Assembly: GCA_965243205.1 (NCBI GenBank)
Contig: CBDEUK010000002.1
Span: 640,001 to 704,000 of the forward strand
Direction: 5' to 3'
Length of the DNA: 64,000 nucleotides
From: Gammaproteobacteria bacterium
GTDB taxonomy: Bacteria > Pseudomonadota > Gammaproteobacteria > Eutrophobiales > Eutrophobiaceae
Under the pieces are notes generated by a model that had not been told where the DNA came from, did no database searches, and saw only the letters and a program-made list of their open reading frames with translations. A program made the translations under genes and the position numbers. Shown here piece after piece: positions 1-10,550 of this stretch. Each line of letters opens with the position of its first letter. Positions within the stretch are counted from its first letter, which is position 1.

Positions 1-82
1 CTGCATCTAATGCGCGACCTGCAGATGCTTTTGAAATATCAGCTTCTTCCGCAATCGCATCTATTAATTCTGATTTATTCAT
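1..82 (-). CDS. hupB: DNA-binding protein HU-beta (N-terminal part; runs off left edge)
   Basis: Reverse strand from ATG at 82 reads MNKSELIDAIAEEADISKASAGRALDA; canonical position downstream of lon. Confidence 0.95.
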   Translation of the reverse strand, partial: MNKSELIDAIAEEADISKASAGRALDA

Positions 83-207
83 AAGTTATTTTCCCCTAAA
101 GACTAATGATTTCCCCATTTATTATTCTAATAACACTTAAGGCAGAGCCTCAACGGTTTGTGCCTGCATCATGAGGTTTAAGCGTGAAGGTGAAACCGAG
201 GGACGAG

Positions 208-236
208 TTTATATCAACTGCTTAATAAGCCGTCAA
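208..236 (-). promoter_or_regulatory. Putative sigma70 promoter of hupB
   Basis: Minus strand TTGACG-17 nt-TATAAA. Confidence 0.6.
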
Positions 237-267
237 GCAAACTCGTCACCTTTTAATACATATTTTA

Positions 268-2703
268 TTAATGAGTACGAATATTATCTTTTGACTTATT
301 TGATTTATCATTATCTGCTTGAGTTAAGTCAGCAGATTTCTTATTAGCTTCATCAACTTTAGGCTGATGAGTTAAAGCAATTTCAAAAACTTGATCGATC
401 CATCTTACAGGACGAATATCCAATCCTTCTTTAATGTTATCTGGTATCTCAGCTAGTTCTCTTTGATTCTCATCAGGAATTAATACGATTTCGATACCAC
501 CACGTAGTGCCGCTAATAATTTTTCTTTTAAACCACCTATTGGTAACACTTCACCACGCAAGGTGATTTCACCGGTCATAGCAACATTAGCGTGAACCTT
601 TGTATTCGTCATTGCAGAAACTAATGCAGTGCACATTGCAACACCTGCACTTGGTCCGTCTTTAGGTGTCGCCCCTTCAGGTACATGAATATGGAAGTCA
701 TGTTCTTGGAAAAACTCTGGAGTCATTCCCATCACTTCACCACGACTACGTACCACAGTCATCGCTGCTTGAATAGACTCCTTCATTACGTCTCCAAGAT
801 GTCCTGTATGAGTTGCTTTACCCTTACCATCCATAACCGCTGCTTCAATGGTTAAAAGGTCGCCACCAACCTCGGTCCAAGCAAGGCCAGTAACTTGTCC
901 AATACGATCTTCTTCATCCGCTAAACCAAATCGGTATTTTTTCACACCAATAATGTCATCTAAAGAATCTGCATCCACATCAACTTTATTAATATCTGGA
1001 TCGATTAAGATTTGTTTAACGACCTTACGACAAATCTTCGCTACTTCTCTTTCTAGATTACGTACACCAGCTTCGCGTGTGTAGTAACGAATCAAATCAC
1101 GTATAGCAGATTCTTCAATTGTAATTTCATCTTCTTTAATACCTGTGTTTTCCATTTGCTTAGGCACTAAATACTTTTGGGCAATGTTTACTTTTTCGTC
1201 TTCGGTATAACCAGAAAGGTTAATCACTTCCATACGATCGAGTAACGGTGCAGGAATATTTAAACTATTCGCTGTGGTCACAAACATGACTTCAGATAAA
1301 TCGTAATCGACTTCTAAATAGTGATCGTTAAACGTACTGTTTTGTTCAGGATCTAACACTTCTAATAAAGCTGATGCAGGATCGCCACGAAAATCCATCG
1401 CCATCTTGTCGATTTCATCTAATAAGAATAATGGATTCTTTTTACCCACTTTAGACATGCTTTGTACAATTTTACCGGGCATTGAACCGATATATGTGCG
1501 TCGATGTCCGCGAATTTCGGCTTCGTCACGTACACCACCCAAAGACATGCGTACAAATTCACGATTGGTTGCACGTGCAATAGAGCGTCCTAACGAGGTC
1601 TTACCAACACCTGGAGGTCCAACCAGACATAAAATAGGTCCTTTCATTTTCTTAACACGGTGTTGAACCGCTAAATATTCAAGAATACGCTCCTTAACTT
1701 TTTCAAGACCATAGTGATCAGTATCTAAAACAGATTGAGCCTTCTTTAAATCGCGAGAAACTTTACTGCGTTTTTTCCAAGGGACCGTCACTAACCAATC
1801 GATATAGTTACGCACCACTGTTGCTTCAGCTGACATTGGTGACATCAGTTTTAATTTATTTAATTCAGAAGAAGCTTTTTCTTTGGCTTCTTTTGATAAA
1901 CCCACTTTTTCAATTTTATCCGCTAGTTCATCAATCTCATTAGGCACATCGTCCATTTCACCTAATTCTTTTTGAATGGCTTTCATTTGTTCATTCAAAT
2001 AATACTCGCGTTGACTCTTTTCCATTTGCGATTTAACGCGACCGCGTATACGTTTTTCAACTTGAAGCAAATCAATCTCGCCTTCCATCAATGCAATCAA
2101 GTGCTCAAGACGTTCTTTCACATCGATAATTTCAAGTACTTGTTGTTTCTCTTCGATCTTTGCCGACATATGCGCAACCATACTGTCAGCGAGACGGCTT
2201 GGATCGTCAATACTTGCTAAAGATGAAATAATTTCAGGTGGGACTTTTTTATTGAGCTTAACGTATTGCTCAAACTGATTCATTGCTGAACGAGATAATG
2301 CGTCTAACTCTTTCTCATCAACGTGCGGAGCTTCTAATAATTGAGCTTCAGCTGAAAAATAATCATCCGTTTCTAAAAATTCTGAAATACGTGCTCGTGT
2401 ATTACCTTCTACTAAAACTTTAATAGTGCCATCTGGAAGTTTTAATAATTGTAAAATATTGGAAAGTGTTCCGATCTCATAAAGCTCATCCAATGATGGA
2501 TTATCATCTGCAGCACTTTTTTGTGCGACTAAAAGGATTTGTTTACTGCCTTCCATTGCGACATCAAGGGCTTTAACAGATTTATCACGGCCAACAAATA
2601 ATGGTATGACCATATGGGGGTAGACAACAACATCCCGCAATGGCAAAACAGGGTAACGAGTGGTGTCTGAAGAAACTGAGTCTTGTTGATTCTCTGATTG
2701 CAT
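268..2703 (-). CDS. lon: Lon ATP-dependent protease
   Basis: LPLRDVVVYP N-terminus, Walker A GPPGVGKT, catalytic PKDGPSAG. Confidence 0.99.
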   Translation of the reverse strand: MQSENQQDSVSSDTTRYPVLPLRDVVVYPHMVIPLFVGRDKSVKALDVAMEGSKQILLVAQKSAADDNPSLDELYEIGTLSNILQLLKLPDGTIKVLVEGNTRARISEFLETDDYFSAEAQLLEAPHVDEKELDALSRSAMNQFEQYVKLNKKVPPEIISSLASIDDPSRLADSMVAHMSAKIEEKQQVLEIIDVKERLEHLIALMEGEIDLLQVEKRIRGRVKSQMEKSQREYYLNEQMKAIQKELGEMDDVPNEIDELADKIEKVGLSKEAKEKASSELNKLKLMSPMSAEATVVRNYIDWLVTVPWKKRSKVSRDLKKAQSVLDTDHYGLEKVKERILEYLAVQHRVKKMKGPILCLVGPPGVGKTSLGRSIARATNREFVRMSLGGVRDEAEIRGHRRTYIGSMPGKIVQSMSKVGKKNPLFLLDEIDKMAMDFRGDPASALLEVLDPEQNSTFNDHYLEVDYDLSEVMFVTTANSLNIPAPLLDRMEVINLSGYTEDEKVNIAQKYLVPKQMENTGIKEDEITIEESAIRDLIRYYTREAGVRNLEREVAKICRKVVKQILIDPDINKVDVDADSLDDIIGVKKYRFGLADEEDRIGQVTGLAWTEVGGDLLTIEAAVMDGKGKATHTGHLGDVMKESIQAAMTVVRSRGEVMGMTPEFFQEHDFHIHVPEGATPKDGPSAGVAMCTALVSAMTNTKVHANVAMTGEITLRGEVLPIGGLKEKLLAALRGGIEIVLIPDENQRELAEIPDNIKEGLDIRPVRWIDQVFEIALTHQPKVDEANKKSADLTQADNDKSNKSKDNIRTH

Positions 2704-2804
2704 AAATTACTCAACTATTTTTGATTTGAAAGAAAGGACATGCCCTTCAAAAAAGACGACATATTTTTTATGTCTTATTACCAGTCAATAGAAGAGACAA
2801 AAAA

Positions 2805-4091
2805 TTATTCTGAATCAGATGCTGCTTTTGAGATATCTGAACCTTCATAAATCATGAACGGCTTAGATTCACCATTGATTACAGCTTCATCAACCACAAT
2901 TTTTGAAACATTATCCATAGACGGTAAATCATACATGGTGTCTAGTAAGACATTTTCAAGTATGGAGCGCAAGCCTCGAGCACCAGTCTTGCGTTCCATT
3001 GATTTACGGGCGACGGCACGCAGTGCATCTTCGCGGAATTCAATTTCCGAACCTTCCATTTCAAATAGTTTATGGAATTGCTTAGTGATTGCATTTTTTG
3101 GTTCGACTAAAATTTGAATAAGCTGATCTTCATTAAGTTCATTTAATGTTGCTACGACAGGTAAACGACCAACAAACTCTGGAATCAAACCATATTTGAT
3201 CAAATCTTCAGGCTCAACATCACTTAATAATTCCGTTAAGGTACGTTTTTCATTCTTAGTGGATACTTCAGCAGAAAAACCAATTCCGCCTTTTTCAGAA
3301 CGTTCTTGAATAATCTTATCCAACCCAGCAAATGCGCCGCCACAAATGAATAAAATATTACCCGTATTCACTTGTAGAAACTCTTGTTGAGGATGTTTCC
3401 TACCACCTTGAGGCGGAACTGAAGCAACCGTTCCTTCAATTAATTTCAATAAGGCTTGCTGAACACCTTCACCAGAAACATCTCTGGTAATGGATGGGTT
3501 ATCGGATTTACGCGAAATTTTGTCGATTTCATCGATGTAAACAATACCTGTTTGCGCTTTATCCACATCGTAATCGCATTTTTGTAGTAATTTTTGAATG
3601 ATATTTTCAACATCTTCACCGACATAACCTGCTTCAGTAAGCGTTGTGGCATCAGCTATCGTAAAAGGTACATTCAACAACCGCGCTAAGGTTTCAGCTA
3701 ATAATGTTTTACCAGAACCAGTTGGTCCGATAAGCAGCACATTACTTTTAGCCAATTCAATATCATTCTTTTTAGTTTCTTGTTCTAAACGTTTATAGTG
3801 ATTGTAAACCGCAACTGATAAGATTTTTTTAGCGGTTTTTTGACCAATAACATATTCATCAAGAATGTTATTGATTTCATGAGGTGTAGGAAGTGAACTT
3901 GCTTGGCCGGTTGATGTTTTTTCTTGAATTTCTTCACGAATAATATCGTTACATAACTCAACACACTCGTCACAGATAAAAACTGAAGGTCCAGCAATCA
4001 GTTTTCTGACTTCGTGTTGGCTTTTGCCGCAAAAAGAACAGTAAAGTAGACGATCACCGTCACCACTTTTTCCCTGCTTATTATCACTCAT
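2805..4091 (-). CDS. clpX: ClpX ATPase subunit
   Basis: CSFC zinc finger, [19 protein letters not shown] loop. Confidence 0.99.
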   Translation of the reverse strand: MSDNKQGKSGDGDRLLYCSFCGKSQHEVRKLIAGPSVFICDECVELCNDIIREEIQEKTSTGQASSLPTPHEINNILDEYVIGQKTAKKILSVAVYNHYKRLEQETKKNDIELAKSNVLLIGPTGSGKTLLAETLARLLNVPFTIADATTLTEAGYVGEDVENIIQKLLQKCDYDVDKAQTGIVYIDEIDKISRKSDNPSITRDVSGEGVQQALLKLIEGTVASVPPQGGRKHPQQEFLQVNTGNILFICGGAFAGLDKIIQERSEKGGIGFSAEVSTKNEKRTLTELLSDVEPEDLIKYGLIPEFVGRLPVVATLNELNEDQLIQILVEPKNAITKQFHKLFEMEGSEIEFREDALRAVARKSMERKTGARGLRSILENVLLDTMYDLPSMDNVSKIVVDEAVINGESKPFMIYEGSDISKAASDSE

Positions 4092-4148
4092 TACTTATTC
4101 ACCTCTTCTATTGGTGTCGCTATAAGCTATTAACTTATTTTTCGGATT

Positions 4149-4796
4149 CTAATCTTCCGATTCTTCTTCAAGTTTAGGAGTTTCTATAGAAGCTCTTTGA
4201 TGTAAAACTTGATCAATTAAACCATAATTTTTAGCTTCATCAGAACTCATAAAATTATCGCGTTCTGTATCTGTTTGGATATTATCAATAGGTTGTCCCG
4301 TATGCTTCGCTAAGATGTCGTTAAGACGTTCTCTTGCTTTTAAAATCTCACGAGCATGAATATCAATGTCACTGGCTTGGCCTTGAAACCCACCTAAAGG
4401 CTGGTGAATCATCACGCGCGAATGTGGCAATGAATAGCGTTTTCCTGCAGCGCCACCAGATAATAACAATGCTCCCATACTGGCTGCTTGACCAATACAC
4501 ATTGTGCTAACATCAGGTTTAATAAACTGCATGGTATCGTAGATGGCTAAGCCTGCGGATACCGAACCGCCCGGTGAGTTGATATAAAGATGGATATCTT
4601 TATCAGGATTTTCTGATTCCAGAAATAACAATTGCGCAACAATTAAATTAGCAACGTTATCTTCAACTGGACCAACGAGAAAAATGACTCGTTCTTTCAG
4701 TAGTCTCGAATAGATATCGTATGAACGCTCCCCACGCGAGGTTTGTTCAACCACCATGGGAACTAAGTTTAGTGCTTCTATATTTTGTTTATTCAT
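4149..4796 (-). CDS. clpP: ClpP protease subunit
   Basis: [31 protein letters not shown]. Confidence 0.99.
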   Translation of the reverse strand: MNKQNIEALNLVPMVVEQTSRGERSYDIYSRLLKERVIFLVGPVEDNVANLIVAQLLFLESENPDKDIHLYINSPGGSVSAGLAIYDTMQFIKPDVSTMCIGQAASMGALLLSGGAAGKRYSLPHSRVMIHQPLGGFQGQASDIDIHAREILKARERLNDILAKHTGQPIDNIQTDTERDNFMSSDEAKNYGLIDQVLHQRASIETPKLEEESED

Positions 4797-4830
4797 TTAG
4801 CTATGCTTATCGGTCGTTAAAGGCATATCT

Positions 4831-6144
4831 TTAGCCAGTCTGCCTGTTATTCATAATCTCGTCAAACGCCATTTTTTTCTTAGAGACGTCAGCCTTATCT
4901 AAAACCCAATTCACAATATCTTCTTCTAAAGCAACCGCTTCCACTTCAGCGAGCCTAGATTTATCCGCATAGTACCAATTAATGACCTGGCTCGGGTCAT
5001 CATAGGATTGCGCTTGTGTCTCGATAATTTGTCTTACTTTCGCTGGATCGGCTTTTAATTCATTTTCTTTGATAATTTCCGATAACAACAATTGTAATGT
5101 AACGCGTTTCTTGGCTTGCTCTTCGTAAGTCGATTTATCCGCCTTATCCAAAGCATCAGCAGGAAACCCTTGTCGTTTCATATTTTCCTTCATTTCATCA
5201 AGCAATCGCTGTGCCTCATTGTCCACTAATACCTGAGGTAAATTGATGCTGTTTGCTTCATACAACACATCCAAAATATTATCACGACTCATCTCTTTAA
5301 TTTTTTGAGATAGTTCACGTTCCATGTTGTTTTTTAACATATTTTTAAAGGCTTCTAAACCACCCTCAGTGATTGCAAAGCGTTTAAAAAACTCATCATC
5401 TAATTCTGGTAATTTGGCCTCTTGAACTTCTTTAACGGTGACTGAGAAAACTACGTCTTTACCGGCCAAGTTCTCTGCTTGATAATCTTCAGGAAAAGTT
5501 AGATCCAAATCTTTCTCATCCCCTTTACTAAGTCCTACCAAACCATCTTCAAAGCCAGCGATTAGTTGGCCACTGCCAAGCTCGATCTTGAAATCTTGAG
5601 CAGTACCGCCATCAAAGGCTTCGCCATCCATTTTTCCTACAAAGTCGATGACTAATGTATCACCTTGCTTTGATTTCCGATCAACTTCATTTAATTCACT
5701 GTTTTGTTTACGCAATACTTCGATCAATTTATCAACATCAGCATCGCCAACCTCCGATTCAGGTTGTTCAACGTTTAGCTTTTCAATTGGGTTAACATTG
5801 ATTTCAGGCATTACTTCAAATGTCGCCGTATATTCAAAACCTTCAGGGGCTTTATCCTCTAATGGATCGATCGTTGGCATTCCAGCAGGACGTATATTTT
5901 CTTTAGTCACGGTCTCTTGGAAAGATGACTGAACTAATTGGCCTATGATCTCCTCACGCACTTGAGCACCGAAACGACCTTGAATAACTTTCATAGGTAC
6001 CTTACCAGGTCGGAAACCCTGAACTTTTGTGGTTTTGGATAAAGACTGCAGGCGCGACTGCACCTTCGGTGATATTTGATCTTCTGGTATTTGAACCGTT
6101 AGCTTGCGACCTAATTCGCCAGTGTTTTCGATTGAAACTTCCAT
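4831..6144 (-). CDS. tig: Trigger factor
   Basis: GFRPGKVP signature, FKBP domain, upstream of clpP. Confidence 0.99.
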   Translation of the reverse strand: MEVSIENTGELGRKLTVQIPEDQISPKVQSRLQSLSKTTKVQGFRPGKVPMKVIQGRFGAQVREEIIGQLVQSSFQETVTKENIRPAGMPTIDPLEDKAPEGFEYTATFEVMPEINVNPIEKLNVEQPESEVGDADVDKLIEVLRKQNSELNEVDRKSKQGDTLVIDFVGKMDGEAFDGGTAQDFKIELGSGQLIAGFEDGLVGLSKGDEKDLDLTFPEDYQAENLAGKDVVFSVTVKEVQEAKLPELDDEFFKRFAITEGGLEAFKNMLKNNMERELSQKIKEMSRDNILDVLYEANSINLPQVLVDNEAQRLLDEMKENMKRQGFPADALDKADKSTYEEQAKKRVTLQLLLSEIIKENELKADPAKVRQIIETQAQSYDDPSQVINWYYADKSRLAEVEAVALEEDIVNWVLDKADVSKKKMAFDEIMNNRQTG

Positions 6145-6217
6145 TAAAATTCCTCAAAAATTTGAGCCAAATCAAAGACTCATAATGATTATACGATATT
6201 TTACATGATTTTTAGGT

Positions 6218-6303
<86 letters not shown>

Positions 6304-6431
6304 TTGCTTCTAATGAAATACAACCTGGTAGGGGGCAGGCATTATAATGACCAAATTTAAAAATGTAACTAGCAGATTGAATTCTTTTTATAGATTTTTC
6401 AGGATATTGTTAAAAAGTGGCTCAATAAATA

Positions 6432-6686
6432 TCAGAAACACTGTTCACCGAACTCTTTACAGACTCTGCGACAATTTTCTTTACCTGTCTTGGAATCTTT
6501 TACGCACTTCTGTTCCCATTCAATACAGACCATCATACAACGTTTATCAGATGCATTAAGATTTGAACTATTATCTGCAAGCTTTTGATTTACTTTAATA
6601 CTATATGAGTTAGCCGAATTATCATCAGTCGCATTCACGACACCAGATAGGCCAAATAGAAGAGTTAGAATAATGATATTTTTCAT
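6432..6686 (-). CDS. Small secreted cysteine-rich protein
   Basis: MKNIIILTLLFGLSGVVNA signal peptide; six Cys in the last 35 aa. Confidence 0.75.
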   Translation of the reverse strand: MKNIIILTLLFGLSGVVNATDDNSANSYSIKVNQKLADNSSNLNASDKRCMMVCIEWEQKCVKDSKTGKENCRRVCKEFGEQCF

Positions 6687-6745
6687 ACGATTCTTATGAC
6701 GTCAATCCAAACATAAGGTTTCCCATAATTATGAATTATTACAGG

Positions 6746-7822
6746 CTAGGCGATACTCATAGTATGTTCGGATGCCCAACGTAGTTTGTATACTAATACA
6801 TCGTTGGTGATGCCTCGGATAGAAACTTTATCTGGTGAAACAAATTGTAGCTCTTCGGTCATATTTGCAGCTTGCATCACTTCTTCAGATACATTCACAG
6901 ACATTGCTTCTGCTTTATCACATAAACGCGATGCTAAATTGACGGTTTCACCCAACACAGAATAATCAAGATGGTCTTTCGAACCGATATTTCCAATCAA
7001 TACTGGCCCCATATGAATTCCAACCCCTAATGGTAGAGATACCCCTGCCACAGGAAATGTCATGCCATCTTCTTGATTTTGAACTCTATATACAGCCTCA
7101 ATGATTTGTAAAGAACACAAACAAGCTCGTTCAGCCATATCATCGCCTTCAAAGATAGCCATCAAACCATCGCCACCAAACTTATCAATATATCCCCCAT
7201 ATTGGTGAACAATATCAACTTGCATACCCAAATGGCGACTGATTTTAGAAAATAGCAAATCCAGATCGGTTTCTTGACTGAGACTGGTAAACCCACGTAT
7301 GTCAGTAAACATGACACAAACATTGTGTAATTCAGGTGAAGGCAACAAACCCGTCAAAGCATAAGCTTCGACCATGCGCTGTGTTTTGGCTGAAATATAA
7401 CGATTCAAATAGGTACGAATCTTCTCTACTTCGTTGAAATATCCAACTTTTTCAAGATGAGCATTCAATCGAGCTTTGAGAATAACTGGGCTTACAGGTT
7501 TGCCAATAAAGTCGGTTGCGCCTGCATCGAAAACCTCTTCTAAATTAGAGCCTTCTTCAAGCGAGGTAATAAATATAATGGGGGTAATTTTGAATCGATC
7601 GATATCACGTAGGCGCTTACATAAATCAATTCCACCGAGCCCAGGCATGTTGACGTCTATCAAGAATGCATCGTAATTGCGTTCTAGGGCCATAAACAGG
7701 CATTTTTCACCCCGTTCAGCCTGCTCCACTCTATAACCTTGATCTTCAAGGATTTTCGCAATCACCATCCGTGTCGTGCGATCATCATCAGCTAAGAGGA
7801 CAGTCTTTCTTTTTGTTTGCAT
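6746..7822 (-). CDS. Response-regulator receiver + class III adenylate cyclase
   Basis: REC motifs LLADDD, IDVNMP, GKP; cyclase motifs FTDIRGFT, DKFGGDG, DYSVLGETVNLASRL (Lys/Asp pair suggests ATP specificity). Confidence 0.92.
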   Translation of the reverse strand: MQTKRKTVLLADDDRTTRMVIAKILEDQGYRVEQAERGEKCLFMALERNYDAFLIDVNMPGLGGIDLCKRLRDIDRFKITPIIFITSLEEGSNLEEVFDAGATDFIGKPVSPVILKARLNAHLEKVGYFNEVEKIRTYLNRYISAKTQRMVEAYALTGLLPSPELHNVCVMFTDIRGFTSLSQETDLDLLFSKISRHLGMQVDIVHQYGGYIDKFGGDGLMAIFEGDDMAERACLCSLQIIEAVYRVQNQEDGMTFPVAGVSLPLGVGIHMGPVLIGNIGSKDHLDYSVLGETVNLASRLCDKAEAMSVNVSEEVMQAANMTEELQFVSPDKVSIRGITNDVLVYKLRWASEHTMSIA

Positions 7823-7898
7823 GCCACTTCCTGAAAAAATCGGATTCCCCGATGAATCTAACTTAAAAATTGTTATTAATAGTTACTGTCTTACATTA

Positions 7899-7928
7899 AC
7901 TTTACATGCTAACTATCTTAAGTGTCAA
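7899..7928 (-). promoter_or_regulatory. Possible sigma70 promoter of the cyclase gene
   Basis: Minus strand TTGACA-18 nt-TAAAGT about 80 nt upstream of ATG. Confidence 0.35.
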
Positions 7929-8089
7929 ATAATTAACGCTTAAATTAATGTAAATTATTAAGCACAGATACGGTGGGATTTAGAAGAGCATTCCTTAGCT
8001 GAATTATTATCACGTCGCTATAGAGTGTAATCGATAAACTCAAAAAATATAGTAATAAATACGTATTATTTTAGGAAAAAGGAATAAGT

Positions 8090-8105
8090 TGTGAACCGGT
8101 TCATA
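8090..8105. promoter_or_regulatory. CRP-like palindromic operator
   Basis: TGTGA-ACCGGT-TCATA; 9/10 match to TGTGA-N6-TCACA with a palindromic spacer. Confidence 0.45.
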
Positions 8106-8304
8106 AATCGCAACCATCTTATGGGCAACATGCAATAAATTAAGCTCATAAAGGGATAAGCTATATTATTTATAAAGAAAATTACTTAAGTATTTATTTT
8201 ATAAATACTTTTATACATTATCATTAATCAATATTTATCACTGAACTAATCTAGCAAATTTTCTGATGTTAAAAATATAATTGACGAGCAATATTTAGAG
8301 AAAT

Positions 8305-8592
8305 TTAGTCGCAGGGGTAAGTATACGTCTTATCATAATCTAAACTTCTAAGAGGGTTTGCTGGAACAATAAAAACGCAAACTTGTTTTCCAAAAAAAGA
8401 AGTTTTATAGAAAATTTCTCCATGAACAGTTTCATACGATTCAATTTCAGAACTATCTTTAATATTTATTGATGGTTCCATATACAGTTCAGAAAAATCT
8501 TCTAACTGTTCCTCTTCATATGTAAACCCAAACACTGGAAATAAAATAAATACTAGAATGAGTGTTTTGGCTAAAAACGTATCTGTTTCCAT
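8305..8592 (-). CDS. Hypothetical small exported/membrane-anchored protein
   Basis: Start moved to ATG 8592 (METDTFLAK...) because the longer ORF overlaps tRNA-His; hydrophobic N-terminal segment, acidic body, two Cys. Confidence 0.5.
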   Translation of the reverse strand: METDTFLAKTLILVFILFPVFGFTYEEEQLEDFSELYMEPSINIKDSSEIESYETVHGEIFYKTSFFGKQVCVFIVPANPLRSLDYDKTYTYPCD

Positions 8593-8624
8593 ACATAAAA
8601 TCCTATCCAGTATAAAAAAAGAAT

Positions 8625-8701
8625 TGGGGTGACTGATGGGGCTCGAACCCACGACCACCGGAATCACAATCCGGCGCTCTACCAACTGAGCTACAGTCAC
8701 C
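8625..8701 (-). tRNA. tRNA-His(GTG)
   Basis: GGTGACTGTAGCTCAGTTGGTAGAGC...TTGTGAT...GTTCGAGCC...CACCCCA, includes G-1. Confidence 0.96.
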
Positions 8702-8730
8702 ATAAGATATATCGAATTATACAATAAATA

Positions 8731-8807
8731 TGGCACGCCTGAGAGGACTCGAACCTCTAACCCCCGGCTTAGAAGGCCGGTGCTCTATCCGGTTGAGCTA
8801 CAGGCGC
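8731..8807 (-). tRNA. tRNA-Arg(TCT)
   Basis: GCGCCTGTAGCTCAACCGGATAGAGC...CTTCTAA...GTTCGAGTC...GTGCCA. Confidence 0.96.
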
Positions 8808-8842
8808 ATTTGAGTTCTTAACCAGATGGTTATTCTTAGAAT

Positions 8843-8919
8843 TGGTCGGGGTGGAGAGATTCGAACTCCCGACCCACTGCTCCCAAAGCAGTTGCGCTAC
8901 CAGGCTGCGCTACACCCCG
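8843..8919 (-). tRNA. tRNA-Pro(TGG)
   Basis: CGGGGTGTAGCGCAGCCTGGTAGCGC...TTTGGGA...GTTCGAATC...CCGACCA. Confidence 0.96.
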
Positions 8920-8949
8920 AATGTTTACCCCAAATTCCAAGGAGCACGG

Positions 8950-8978
8950 ATAATACGCGTGACTTTTAGAACCGTCAA
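8950..8978 (-). promoter_or_regulatory. sigma70 promoter of tRNA-Pro-Arg-His operon
   Basis: TTGACG-17 nt-TATTAT followed by GC-rich discriminator CCGTGCTCC. Confidence 0.7.
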
Positions 8979-9006
8979 TTTAACAATTAAATTTTTTTAG
9001 AAAAAA

Positions 9007-10395
9007 CTAACTTCTTCTCCAAGTCGTGCCAGAAGCTGAATCCTCAAGCAAAATACCCTGTTCTTGTAAGGTATCACGAATACGATCTGCTTCTGCATAA
9101 TCCTTATTGATTTTAGCTTGTTGTCTTTGCTTGATGAGAGAATCAATGTCTCCATCTGCGAGTTCATTATTAGATGATTTACCAATACTACTTTTTAAAA
9201 ATTCATCTGGAGAAGATTGTAAAATACCCAAAACACCAGCCAAATGTTTCAGTGTACTCGCTAACAAAATTGCTTTATCGCTATTTTTATCTGATTGTCG
9301 ATTCAGCTCTGATGCCAGTTCATGCAATATCGCAACGGCTTTAGGCGTATTAAAATCATCATCCATGACTTCATTAAATTGCTGACAATAATTTTGATCA
9401 GGTTCCATATCAGAAGCTACATCTTTCAAAGCCGTATAAAGACGTGTCAAAGCTGAGCGCGCTTCATCTAAATGGCTCTCAGAATAATTTAACTGACTAC
9501 GATAATGACTGGATAAAATAAAATATCGCACTTCTTCAGGGCGGTAGCGTTCAAGAATTTCACGCACGGTAAAAAAGTTACCAAGTGATTTTGACATCTT
9601 TTCATCATCGACTCGTACAAAGCCGTTATGTATCCAAAAATTAACGTAGGTCTCACCCGTAGCGCCTTCTGATTGAGCGATTTCATTTTCATGATGTGGA
9701 AATTGTAAATCTTGACCGCCGCCATGAATATCGAAATGATTACCTAAGCAACAGGTCGACATCGCTGAACATTCTATATGCCAACCTGGACGCCCTGAAC
9801 CCCACGGCGAATCCCAACTGGGTTCTTCTGGCTTGGCTAATTTCCAAAGCACAAAATCCATTGGGTCATCTTTGGCATCATCTACATCGACTCGTGCACC
9901 CGCTTGAAGCTCTTCAATATTCTTTCCCGATAATTTTCCATAACCATCGAACTTACTTATGTCATAACAGACATCACCATTCTTCGCGACATAGGCATAA
10001 TCCTGTTCGATTAATGTTTGAACCATCGTAATAATCTCATCGATATGTTCCGTTGCCTTCGGTTCTCTATCAGGAGGTTGTACACCTAAGGCAGAAAAAT
10101 CCTCATTCATCGCCTCGATAAAACGTTCAGTAAGCTGTAAGAATTCTTCTCCATTCTCATTGGCTCGTTTGATGATCTTATCGTCGATATCCGTAATATT
10201 TCTAACATAAGTCACGTCATATCCAACCGCACGTAAATATCGCGCGATGATATCAAACACCACAACCACTCTCGCATGCCCCAGATGACAATAGTCATAA
10301 ACCGTCATACCGCAGACATACATTTTTACTTTGCCGGGTTCAATAGGACGAAATTCTTCTTTTTCTCCAGTGAGAGAGTTATGGATTTTCAACAT
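9007..10395 (-). CDS. cysS: Cysteine--tRNA ligase
   Basis: [30 protein letters not shown]. Confidence 0.99.
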   Translation of the reverse strand: MLKIHNSLTGEKEEFRPIEPGKVKMYVCGMTVYDYCHLGHARVVVVFDIIARYLRAVGYDVTYVRNITDIDDKIIKRANENGEEFLQLTERFIEAMNEDFSALGVQPPDREPKATEHIDEIITMVQTLIEQDYAYVAKNGDVCYDISKFDGYGKLSGKNIEELQAGARVDVDDAKDDPMDFVLWKLAKPEEPSWDSPWGSGRPGWHIECSAMSTCCLGNHFDIHGGGQDLQFPHHENEIAQSEGATGETYVNFWIHNGFVRVDDEKMSKSLGNFFTVREILERYRPEEVRYFILSSHYRSQLNYSESHLDEARSALTRLYTALKDVASDMEPDQNYCQQFNEVMDDDFNTPKAVAILHELASELNRQSDKNSDKAILLASTLKHLAGVLGILQSSPDEFLKSSIGKSSNNELADGDIDSLIKQRQQAKINKDYAEADRIRDTLQEQGILLEDSASGTTWRRS

Positions 10396-10550
10396 ATACG
10401 AATTGGATTGTTATAAAAACGGTAAATGGTAACGGAAAGCCTTTGTTGCCACAAAAGTTTTTAATCGATTTGATTAAGATTACTGGCTTGGAGTCATTAG
10501 ACTGTTATTATGTGCGCATTTAAACAGACCATAAGTTATTTGGAGAATTC

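Noticed and set aside
2704-2804. sigma32 promoter for lon
   Set aside because: TTGAA is present but there is no correctly spaced CCCCAT -10
6347-6559. Plus-strand 70-aa ORF overlapping the Cys-rich gene
   Set aside because: No features; the minus-strand ORF has a signal peptide and patterned cysteines
8593-8736. N-terminal extension of ORF 8305..8736
   Set aside because: It translates through tRNA-His and into tRNA-Arg; not credible as coding
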